NCBI GenBank assembly: GCA_944325555.1
Contig: CALVAN010000006.1
Span: 22,998 to 86,997, forward strand
Direction of reading: 5' to 3'
DNA length: 64,000 nt
DNA from: Candidatus Gastranaerophilales bacterium
GTDB lineage: Bacteria > Cyanobacteriota > Vampirovibrionia > Gastranaerophilales > Gastranaerophilaceae
A program made the translations under genes and the position numbers. The notes under the pieces were generated by a model, which saw only the letters and a list, made by a program, of their open reading frames with translations, was not told the DNA's origin and searched no databases. Shown piece by piece: positions 17,252 to 25,255 of the stretch (position 1 is the first letter of the stretch; every line of letters starts with the position of its first letter).

Positions 17252-17668
17252 ATGAAAAAAATTAAGCAATATTTTTCACTAAATTTGTTATCATTATCAG
17301 GTTACATTCTTGCCATATGTTTTTTATTAATAATTTTTTATTTTTATCCTCAAGCTTTAGAAGAAAGTCTAAAAAACGGTCCGACAGATAATTTTGAAAT
17401 TACTATCGGTCTTTTTCTGTGGCTTATAAACATCATTAAATATTTTTTAGCAATTGAAGCAACACTTTTGGTTTTAACATTTATAGAATCAAAAATTTAT
17501 AAATGTAACCAAGTTTTATATGACAAATTTTTTAATAATATACCCGATAAAATTAAAGAGATTCATACAATACTATTCTATACAGGAATAGTCTTTGCAT
17601 TAATTCCTGTTATTCTGTTAATACTTTTTATTTTGAATATTATTGTTGAATTTATTTTCCTTTATTAA
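17252..17668 (+). CDS. Small integral membrane protein (4 predicted TM), unknown function
   Basis: 138-aa ORF, very hydrophobic (ILAICFLLIIFYF, LWLINIIKYFLAIEATLLVLTF, ILFYTGIVFALIPVILLILFILNIIVEFIFLY). Confidence 0.55.
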   Translation: MKKIKQYFSLNLLSLSGYILAICFLLIIFYFYPQALEESLKNGPTDNFEITIGLFLWLINIIKYFLAIEATLLVLTFIESKIYKCNQVLYDKFFNNIPDKIKEIHTILFYTGIVFALIPVILLILFILNIIVEFIFLY

Positions 17669-17779
17669 ATTAGGTGGGCTGTGACAGCGTAAAGGCATTT
17701 TGTTTTCTCCTTAAGTTTTTGTACGACAATAACGCTAATTGATGATTCAATTAGCGTGCAAGATTAATTAAGATTTAAA

Positions 17780-18394
17780 TTAATCAGTTAGATAAGGGTA
17801 ACGTTTTAAATCTTTTTCATAATCTTTTATTATAGATTTTATAGAATCATTTAATACAAAATTAGGGTATTTTTTATCAAAGTTTTTATAAAAATTTATT
17901 ATTTTTACAAGTTCGTCTTTTGATATTACATAAACCGAATCCCAAAAGATTCTTTTTGTATCTTGTTTTGACAAAAACTTTAATAATTCACACCAATCCG
18001 CATTTAAATAAGAACAGAAATTTTTGTATAAGTATTTATTATTTTCGGTTATATAAAACTCTCCATTAAAATCCACTCTTAATCCTTTGTCTGCGTATTC
18101 TTTTGTATATTTTCTTGCTTGCCAGTAATATGAGTTTCTATATAGTTTTACCGGTTCTACTAGTTTAATTCTTATATTCTGTTTTTCTACAGCTTCATAA
18201 TAAAAATCCCTGAATTTCAAAAACTCAGTTTCTGCTTCTTTTGTGCCTTTTTTGTCTTTAAATTCATTTTGATAAGCTTTTGTTGCTTCTCTGATTGCAT
18301 TTATATCAGACAGATTGTATTTTGAATAATCTAGAGCAAAAGTACTGTTTGACAGCAGAAAAAATATAAGAAATGTAGAAAACAGTTTTTTCAT
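17780..18394 (-). CDS. Secreted protein of unknown function
   Basis: 204-aa ORF with a signal peptide MKKLFSTFLIFFLLSNSTFA. It is Y/K/N-rich and no family was recognised. Confidence 0.55.
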   Translation of the reverse strand: MKKLFSTFLIFFLLSNSTFALDYSKYNLSDINAIREATKAYQNEFKDKKGTKEAETEFLKFRDFYYEAVEKQNIRIKLVEPVKLYRNSYYWQARKYTKEYADKGLRVDFNGEFYITENNKYLYKNFCSYLNADWCELLKFLSKQDTKRIFWDSVYVISKDELVKIINFYKNFDKKYPNFVLNDSIKSIIKDYEKDLKRYPYLTD

Positions 18395-18740
18395 AGATTT
18401 AATTGTACCCTATTTTTTATTATTTACATAACAATTCACCTCCTAAAAATTTTTATGCGAAAAAAGACAACGATAAGTAATACGTTGCCTAAAAATAAAC
18501 ACAGCTATGCCTAAATTTTGATAACGTGGGCATGCTCTAAATTGAACAAACCTGTTAAAAGACATTGCCGTCGAATATATTTTGCACTATTTCGGCAGAA
18601 CAATCAAGTGCTATAAGAAATTGACCCCGTGACATGCCGGCAGAATTTATATTTAGACAAGTCAAACAGACAAACTGCAATTTATTACAATTATTATTTT
18701 AAAATAAAGCAATAAATAAAAAATAAGTTACAATAAGTTT

Positions 18741-19250
18741 ATGAAAAAACTAATGGTTTTATTATCATTAATATTGATTTCTTCAGGTTGTACCAAAGTA
18801 CAAGAAACTCAACCACCAGCTGTGGAACAGCCGAGCCCTTCTTGCGAAGAATACTGCAAAGAACACGCCGTTGCAAAAGAACCTGAAATACCAGAACCTG
18901 CAAAACATCCTATTGATATAGAAGAAGAAAAATGTATAAAAATTGCTGATACATCTGATATAGGAATGGGCAATTGTTCACTTAAAGCAACAGAGGATTG
19001 GTTTAAAGAAATTGATAAAAACTTAATGACGCTAAAACAAATGCTGCCTGCTGAAAAGTATGAAAAAATAGCTGAATCTCAAAAGAACTGGGAAAATTAT
19101 ATAAAATCAGAATTCGATATCAACGAAAATATTATTTATAACAAATCCGGAACAATTTACTACACAATGAGCGCCGGACAAAAAAGAGAAACGGTTAAAG
19201 AGCGGGCGCTGCAGCTGCAGCATTATATATACGAACTAAACGAACCGTAA
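18741..19250 (+). CDS. Lipoprotein with DUF1311 / LprI-like (lysozyme-inhibitor-like) domain
   Basis: Lipobox LILISSGC. C-terminal pattern C....ADTSD.GM..C...A...W.KEIDKNL..L...L......I.ESQK.WE.Y...... Confidence 0.55.
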   Translation: MKKLMVLLSLILISSGCTKVQETQPPAVEQPSPSCEEYCKEHAVAKEPEIPEPAKHPIDIEEEKCIKIADTSDIGMGNCSLKATEDWFKEIDKNLMTLKQMLPAEKYEKIAESQKNWENYIKSEFDINENIIYNKSGTIYYTMSAGQKRETVKERALQLQHYIYELNEP

Positions 19251-19257
19251 TTTGTCT

Positions 19258-19560
19258 GGGTAGGACCTCGCTTGTACCCAAGGGCATCCTGCGGATTTGC
19301 GGACGGATGGAGTGAACAAAGTGAACGAATCCGGGGAGCAAGGACTCCAAGCGAAAGGTGCCGGTGGCACGTTTTGCTTGGAGTGAGGCTAAGTGAGAAA
19401 CACAGTTTCTCCGTGCCGTATAGAGATTACAAAGCAAAGCACAAAAGGCGAATCTCTGCTAGCGTTAAGCAAATACAAGACAGATATGTACACTCGTGAA
19501 CTCACCCACCTCTCACAAACAATACGGTGAATTGTTTGTGAGAGGTAGCGAGGTCGTCTG
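19258..19560. ncRNA. Candidate structured RNA (unassigned family): GC-rich multi-helix element
   Basis: Closing helix 19264-19272/19547-19555 (9 bp). Inner helices are 19345-19352/19376-19383 (enclosing 19358-19362/19366-19370), 19395-19401/19405-19411, 19422-19428/19451-19457, and a perfect 15-bp hairpin 19509-19523/19531-19545. It is visibly GC-richer than its surroundings. Only Arg-rich junk ORFs occur on both strands. Confidence 0.4.
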
Positions 19561-19758
19561 AGCGATAATTTTGCTCAAGTGACCCCATGCACTTGTTGCA
19601 GGTGCCCATGTTATACAGCCAATATTGTACTTGTTTATTGCACCTAAGAACTCTAAAAAACGATTAAGTATCGTTTTTTAGAGACTCTGCCGAATAAAAG
19701 CAACTAAATGTTGCTTTTATGAGAGGGGCAAAGTCAAAAGCAAAGCTTTTGCTTGCAG

Positions 19759-19790
19759 TATAGTTATTTTGTCGGGGTCAGTTGACTATA
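19759..19790 (+). repeat. 32-nt repeat TATAGTTATTTTGTCGGGGTCAGTTGACTATA (inverted partner at 53202-53233)
   Basis: Its reverse complement matches 53202-53233 at 31 of 32 positions. The ends are self-complementary (TATAGT...ACTATA). Confidence 0.85.
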
Positions 19791-19885
19791 TGAAAGAAAA
19801 TACAATAAAAACTGTATTGTGACCCAATTAAATATAATATATACTTTTATGCGATAACCACTATTAACAATATCCCCAACACAAA

Positions 19886-20830
19886 ATGTTAAAAATTATA
19901 TCGGCAATTGCAATATTCATAGTTTTTATTACAATTATTGTTTTAGTTGCAAACCCGCAGCTTACAAAAAGTGTCAATTTTTCGTCATCTTCAAACAATA
20001 TTGAGTTAACGGAATCAAAAAACATACAAAATAAAAATATAAACGTATCCCCGCAAAATATTGCTACAAAAGAGGACGGAGCAAAAATTCAACCTGTTGA
20101 AAATATTACCGCTCCCGCAAACACAACAACTGATTCCGTAAACAACAACATCAGCAGAGATGAATATATGGCTCAAATAAAAGAACGGGCCAAACAAAAA
20201 TATGCTCAATTTTTAGAAGCCAAACAGCAGGAAGAAGCTCGAAAAGCTGAAGAAGAAACCAAAGCTCTGGCTGAAGCTGAAAAGCAAAATGTATCATATA
20301 CTCCGCCCAAACAAACGGTACCACCTCAAACAAGTGCCAAACCCAAAACAGTGACTAAAACAGCGGTAAAACAGGCTGCTCCCGTAAAAAAAGCTGCAAC
20401 AACCACTCCTAAAGTTACCAAAACAACACAAACTACAAAAAATACAAAAACAACTCAAACGACAAAAACACAGTCCGCTCCAAAAGTTCAAAAAACAACA
20501 ACCGCCACTGCAGCACAGCAATCAATTTCACTGGAAAAATGGCGCAACAACATAAATACCAAAATAATCAGTTCGGCTACGCCTAAAATGTCCAACAAAA
20601 TTCCGACGGGAACAAAATATTCTTACAGTTTTTATGTTGATGCAAACAGGAATATATCGGAGCTTCAGGTAAGCGTTATTAAAAACGCCGGCAATGCCGA
20701 GGCAAAAAGCGGAATAAACACAATAAAAAGCTGCATTCAACAGTACCAAAAAAATTCCATACTGCAATTTCCCTCGGATGTTTCCATAGAAAGGGCAAAG
20801 GTTGCGGCATATATCACAATAACAAGATAA
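19886..20830 (+). CDS. Membrane-anchored protein with K/T/Q/P-rich linker and TonB/TolA-C-like C-terminal domain
   Basis: N-terminal TM (IISAIAIFIVFITIIVLV) and a low-complexity linker (KTTQTTKNTKTTQTTKTQ). The C-terminal W..NIN..I....YSFYVDANRNISELQVSV block is shared with the next ORF. Confidence 0.5.
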   Translation: MLKIISAIAIFIVFITIIVLVANPQLTKSVNFSSSSNNIELTESKNIQNKNINVSPQNIATKEDGAKIQPVENITAPANTTTDSVNNNISRDEYMAQIKERAKQKYAQFLEAKQQEEARKAEEETKALAEAEKQNVSYTPPKQTVPPQTSAKPKTVTKTAVKQAAPVKKAATTTPKVTKTTQTTKNTKTTQTTKTQSAPKVQKTTTATAAQQSISLEKWRNNINTKIISSATPKMSNKIPTGTKYSYSFYVDANRNISELQVSVIKNAGNAEAKSGINTIKSCIQQYQKNSILQFPSDVSIERAKVAAYITITR

Positions 20831-20842
20831 AACGAGGAAAAA

Positions 20843-21568
20843 ATGAAAAAGATATTATATACATTTTTAATAGCCGCATCTCTGGTATTTATGGGCTTTA
20901 ACAATACCTGTCAAGCAGCAAATGTCACGGATGCTGAGGATTTTGAAATCCCCGAATACACTATATCCCTACCCACCTTCTTTCAGAATACAAAAGAAGA
21001 ACCCGAAGAAGAATGGCTGTCCATCCAGTGGAACCAGTGGCATGCAGATGTTAACAACTTAATTAGGGATAAAAAGTATATACTATACTCCTTATGGCAC
21101 GATAATTCATTCGCCTATAGTTTTATTGTAAACAATCAGCGCCAATTGTCTGAGGTAATTGTATATTTTATCCCGTTTTCAACGTATGATGTAATACGTG
21201 CCGAAAAAAAAGGCGACGCCGTATATAAAGCAAATACACCTTTTTACGCATACTGTATCGATAACAATACCTTCTACAAGTTAAAACTGTCCGAGGATGT
21301 TAAAACCTTGGGCGGCTCAAAGTTTCGGGAAAATTTAAGCAAATCGAAAATCAGTGTTGTTGATGAAAAGTATGTCCCAAGAGCCGTATATCTGCGGCAA
21401 TCTGCGGAAAATTTAAAAAAGACCTCCGGTAACAAGGTCTACACATACCCCTACGGCTCTCAGCGCAAAAAGGTTTTTGTTTACGCAGTATTGAACAGCG
21501 TTGAAAAAACAAACTGGAAAGGCTTTAAAGCATCTGATTATGACGATATTGAACGTGTGAAACAATAA
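20843..21568 (+). CDS. Secreted protein; shares a W..(I/V)N..I...YSF.V...R..SE..V block with the upstream gene
   Basis: Signal peptide MKKILYTFLIAASLVFMGFNNTCQA. IQWNQWHADVNNLI...FAYSFIVNNQRQLSEVIVYF lines up with the 19886 protein. Confidence 0.55.
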   Translation: MKKILYTFLIAASLVFMGFNNTCQAANVTDAEDFEIPEYTISLPTFFQNTKEEPEEEWLSIQWNQWHADVNNLIRDKKYILYSLWHDNSFAYSFIVNNQRQLSEVIVYFIPFSTYDVIRAEKKGDAVYKANTPFYAYCIDNNTFYKLKLSEDVKTLGGSKFRENLSKSKISVVDEKYVPRAVYLRQSAENLKKTSGNKVYTYPYGSQRKKVFVYAVLNSVEKTNWKGFKASDYDDIERVKQ

Positions 21569-21585
21569 AACAAGAAAGAAATAAT

Positions 21586-22101
21586 ATGAAAAAAATTGAT
21601 ATAAAAAAACTAATAGCTTTATTTTTACTGATCACGTTCCTGACAGGTCAAAATTGTTGTTTTGCGGCAAAATTAAAAATCGGCCCTAACGGTTCTTACA
21701 TAGTGAATGAAGAAAATACGGGTTCAAATAATACAGCTGATACTCTCCCGTCAGAAAATCCCGTTGAGAACCCGGAACCGAGTTATGCAGAAACATATGA
21801 AGAAACGGAACTTCCAAGTCTTGATGACTATATTAACGGCACCTATTCCGATACGGAATACGAAACAGTGGAAACGGTAAAAATGGATAATTTTGCGAAT
21901 ACAACTTCTACGGAAGCAGAAGATATGGCTGATTATCAGGCTGTTCAGCAGGCAACGCAACAAGTGGAGCAGCAAAAAGCCGACAAAGAAAAGAAAAAAA
22001 ATATTATTGTCGGTATAGTATTTACGCTGCTGGTAGTTGGCGGTATTGTTCTGGGGGTTATATTCGGCGACAATAGTGACGATGATGACGATGAAGATTA
22101 A
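21586..22101 (+). CDS. Acidic secreted/anchored protein with C-terminal TM helix and poly-Asp tail
   Basis: Signal-like N-terminus, an E/T/N-rich body, a TM (IIVGIVFTLLVVGGIVLGVIF) and the end SDDDDDED. Confidence 0.5.
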   Translation: MKKIDIKKLIALFLLITFLTGQNCCFAAKLKIGPNGSYIVNEENTGSNNTADTLPSENPVENPEPSYAETYEETELPSLDDYINGTYSDTEYETVETVKMDNFANTTSTEAEDMADYQAVQQATQQVEQQKADKEKKKNIIVGIVFTLLVVGGIVLGVIFGDNSDDDDDED

Positions 22102-22116
22102 CCGTCATTTTAAAAA

Positions 22117-23004
22117 TTAAGATTTTTTTATCTGTTTTCTTGTAATGACTAAAAATACCCCGAACAAAATCAGTGCAACTCCAAGGCAGATTTTTAAAGT
22201 CAATTGCTCCTGAAAGAATATGACTCCGAAAAATATTGCGGTTAAAGGTTCTAAAGCCCCCAAAATTGCTGTTGTGGTCGAGCCGATAAGTTTGATTGCT
22301 ATGGTAATTGTTTCAAGCGAAATTATCGTGGGAAAAAGCGCCAGCCCGAAAGTACACAACCACAAAAACGGCGTGTGTATTATTTGCAGCTGCGTACAAA
22401 ATTTTAAATTGAAAATATATACAAGAAGCCCGAACAGCATTACATAAAAGCTTAACTTATCCGTTTTTATGTGCTTTACAGCTTTTACGTTTTTTACACC
22501 GACAATGTAAAGTGCGTACAAAAGCGCCGAAAGCAGCACCATAATAATGCCATGAGGATTAAGCGTCATTCCGGTTTTACCGTTATACAAAAGATAAATT
22601 CCGCTGAAAGTTAATATTATCGAAAAAATAACGGTTTTAGTCAGTTTTTCGTGAAAAAACAGCGTCATTATTATTGCAACCAGCAAAGGATATATAAAAA
22701 GTATTGTGCAGGCAATGCCCGCTTCTATGTAATTAAATGCATCAAAAAGCGTTAACGAGGACAACGAAAAAAACAACCCGAAAATTAAAAGCAATACACC
22801 TTCTTTTAAAGTAATTTTTAAAGAAGTTTTTTTCACAAACTTGAGCCATAAAAAATAAATCGCAACGGCAATAGCGTATCTGTAAAACAAAACGGAATTT
22901 ACACCGATGCCTCTTGCATACATCGGCAGCGCAAAAAGCGGGTTCATCCCGTAACTTGCCGCGGCTATTGCTCCGTTTAATATACCTATCGTTTGTCTTT
23001 TCAT
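22117..23004 (-). CDS. EamA/DMT-superfamily transporter
   Basis: Ten hydrophobic segments in two EamA-like halves. I prefer the ATG at 23004 (AAGGA upstream) because the track start at 23034 is TTG. Confidence 0.7.
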   Translation of the reverse strand: MKRQTIGILNGAIAAASYGMNPLFALPMYARGIGVNSVLFYRYAIAVAIYFLWLKFVKKTSLKITLKEGVLLLIFGLFFSLSSLTLFDAFNYIEAGIACTILFIYPLLVAIIMTLFFHEKLTKTVIFSIILTFSGIYLLYNGKTGMTLNPHGIIMVLLSALLYALYIVGVKNVKAVKHIKTDKLSFYVMLFGLLVYIFNLKFCTQLQIIHTPFLWLCTFGLALFPTIISLETITIAIKLIGSTTTAILGALEPLTAIFFGVIFFQEQLTLKICLGVALILFGVFLVITRKQIKKS

Positions 23005-23247
23005 GGCAGTGTTATCCTTGCATAATTTATGCAAAAAAATGCATGAAAATCAATTATCCCGCCAAAACCGCAAACCATAATATTATTTAACGTACTCTTT
23101 AAAACTTTTTATTATTTTATAAATAAATTCAAGTATTTTCAGTTTTAAAAAATTTATATCTGCTGTTTTTGGTGGATTACATTATCACAAAAAACTGTAA
23201 GATTGTTTTAGGACTAACAAATATAATTAAAGGAGATTTATATAATT

Positions 23248-23445
23248 ATGGTAAAATTTATTGTTTTTATTATCATCGCAGCCGCATTGTGGGTAGGTTA
23301 TACAAACTGGGGCAAACCTCTTAATGTTGATAATGCCGTAAAAAGCGGAACCTCTTCCATTAAAACGGAAAAAAGTATTGACAGGGTAATCAACTCAAGA
23401 GAAAATACCGCCAAAGATAACAAAGAAATGTTAGACAAAATGTAG
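23248..23445 (+). CDS. Small single-TM protein, unknown function
   Basis: 65 aa, AAAGGAG RBS, N-terminal TM (FIVFIIIAAALWVGY). Confidence 0.5.
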   Translation: MVKFIVFIIIAAALWVGYTNWGKPLNVDNAVKSGTSSIKTEKSIDRVINSRENTAKDNKEMLDKM

Positions 23446-23477
23446 ATTTTTATACAAATAAAAACCTTTTTTTAGTT

Positions 23478-23900
23478 GCAGGGTAGAGTTTAGTCTACCA
23501 ATATTAGTCATCGCCTGCAGTCAAAAAACGTGCTGCCATCTAAATACTGCGTAAGCAGTATAAGCAGCTTTGCTGCAGGAGTTTGATTACAGACTCTTAG
23601 TATTTACGCACAAAATTTTCGTTAAGCGTAGCTGTTAGAAAATTTTGAAGATAAATACTTTAGAGGCTGTTTTAATATGCGAGTTTTTCTTTTTTGGTTC
23701 GTTTTTTCTTTTTGCCTCAAGAACTCTGTCGAAAATTGACTAAATGTCAATTTGAGATAGAGGCAGGCAAAGGAAAAATATTATTTTTCCGTGACGTATT
23801 AAGATTAGAAAAAATGAACATAAGAAAAAAATTTTTATTAATAAAAACAAGTATCAAAAAATATTAGTTTTTCTTTCTTATTTGTTCGTTTTTTCTACAT
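23478..23900. repeat. Composite hairpin-rich intergenic element, copy B (copy A at 5745-5975)
   Basis: GGTAGAG-TTTA-GTCTACC (23482-23499); TACTGC-GTAA-GCAGTA (23545-23560); GCTGCAGGA; a long hairpin with arms 23590-23620/23638-23669; T/C-rich TTTTTCTTTT..GGTTCGTTTTTTC segments; and a TGACTAAATGTCAATTTGAGATAGAGGCAGG box (23738-23768) related to 36331-36363. Confidence 0.7.
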
Positions 23901-23982
23901 ACATTTATCCAATTTTTTGTTGACGGGTAAACAAAATCAATATACAATTTTGTTTACCAGGAAACAATTTTCAAAGGACACC

Positions 23983-24474
23983 ATGACAATACAAAAACAA
24001 TTAATATCTTTAATAATCAACTTCCACGAAAACCTGACCACTCTTGATAAAGCATACAAAAAAGAAACAGGCGAAATTTTAAACGACTACAACTTTAATG
24101 AAATGCACTGTGTCGATTTTATAGGGAAAACCGAAAACCCTAACGTAACAAAACTCTCGAAGCATCTTAATCTGACAAGAGGTGCAATCAGCAAAATCAT
24201 CAAAAAACTTGTCAAAAAAAATGCAATAGAAATTTATACAACAGAAAGCAACAAAAAAGAGATTTATTATAAATTAAGCCCGACAGGTCAAAAAGTTTTT
24301 TACGCACACGAAAAAATGCACAAAAAATGGAATAATGATGACTTCGCCTATTTATCGGGTATAGAAGAAAAAGATTTACTAACCGTAAATAATTTTTTGA
24401 CAAATTACAACAAATTTACGGAATCAAGAATAAAAATCCTGAAAGGAGATAACGATGAAGATACAGCAGATTAG
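23983..24474 (+). CDS. MarR family transcriptional regulator
   Basis: Winged-HTH core NVTKLSKHLNLTRGAISKIIKKLVKKNAIE...KKEIYYKLSPTGQKVF. I prefer the ATG at 23983 (AAGGA upstream) over the track start 23917. Confidence 0.75.
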   Translation: MTIQKQLISLIINFHENLTTLDKAYKKETGEILNDYNFNEMHCVDFIGKTENPNVTKLSKHLNLTRGAISKIIKKLVKKNAIEIYTTESNKKEIYYKLSPTGQKVFYAHEKMHKKWNNDDFAYLSGIEEKDLLTVNNFLTNYNKFTESRIKILKGDNDEDTAD

Positions 24475-25249
24475 AAGCGCAACAATAATAATAAACTATG
24501 CAGATAAAAAATTCCTTGTAGACCCTATGTTCGCTCCGAAAGATTTTTACCCGCCAATACCCGAATGTTTTACACCGGATTTAAAATGGCCTTTGGTCGA
24601 CTTGCCGATGAGTACGGAAAAAATCCTTGAAAATATAGATGCTGTTATAATGACACATTATCATATAGACCACTTTGACGAATTTGCAATAAAAGCTCTG
24701 CCCAAAGATATAAAAATGTTTGCCCAAGACGAATACGACAAAAAGGTTCTTTCGGATTTCGGCTTTAATAATATCGAAATAATAAAAGAAGAAGGCACTG
24801 TTTTTGGCAACGTCACAATGTATAAAACAAACTGCATACACGGCATAAAAGAAACTACAATGCCTTATTTTGATATGCTGAATATAAGACACGAGGCAAT
24901 GGGGATTGTATTTAAAAATAATGATGAAAAAACACTGTATCTTGCCGGCGATACTATCTGGTGCGATTATGTAAAAAATGCAATTGAAAAATACAGCCCG
25001 TCAGTAATAATAGTCAACGCAGCCAAAGCCCAACTGCTAAAAAGCGGCCCGATAATTATGGGAACCGAGGATATCGAAAAAATTCACGAATGTGCGCCAA
25101 AAGCAAAAATCATTGCCAGCCATATGGATACGGTAGGGCACGCCACCTTAAACAGAAAACAGCTTAAAGATTTCATCGAAAAAAATAATCTTTCTGAAGC
25201 AGTACTTATTCCCGAAGATGGAGATATAATATCCCTTGATAAGGAATAA
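24455..25249 (+). CDS. MBL-fold metallo-hydrolase
   Basis: The HxHxDH motif (THYHIDHFD) and a later GD/H motif are present. It overlaps the MarR gene by 20 nt. Confidence 0.75.
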   Translation: MKIQQIRSATIIINYADKKFLVDPMFAPKDFYPPIPECFTPDLKWPLVDLPMSTEKILENIDAVIMTHYHIDHFDEFAIKALPKDIKMFAQDEYDKKVLSDFGFNNIEIIKEEGTVFGNVTMYKTNCIHGIKETTMPYFDMLNIRHEAMGIVFKNNDEKTLYLAGDTIWCDYVKNAIEKYSPSVIIVNAAKAQLLKSGPIIMGTEDIEKIHECAPKAKIIASHMDTVGHATLNRKQLKDFIEKNNLSEAVLIPEDGDIISLDKE

Positions 25250-25255
25250 ATCTTA

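Noticed and set aside
19195-19499. Track ORFs 19195..19437(-) and 19272..19499(+)
   Set aside because: They are mutually overlapping Arg/Ser-rich ORFs on both strands of a GC-rich, helix-forming segment. This is typical of structured RNA or repeat DNA rather than of coding sequence.
19258-19560. Assignment of the GC-rich element to RNase P RNA, tmRNA, SRP RNA, 6S RNA, a group II intron or a common riboswitch
   Set aside because: A short stretch (CCGGGGAGCAAGGACTCCAAG) recalls the RNase P CCCGGAGCAAGGCCAAAUAGG region. However, the universal GGAAAGTCC and ACAGAA..CCGGCTTA boxes are absent. There is no tRNA-like end for tmRNA, no SRP GGAAGCAGC core, no intron 5' GTGYG/domain V consensus and no RT ORF. 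I left it unassigned.
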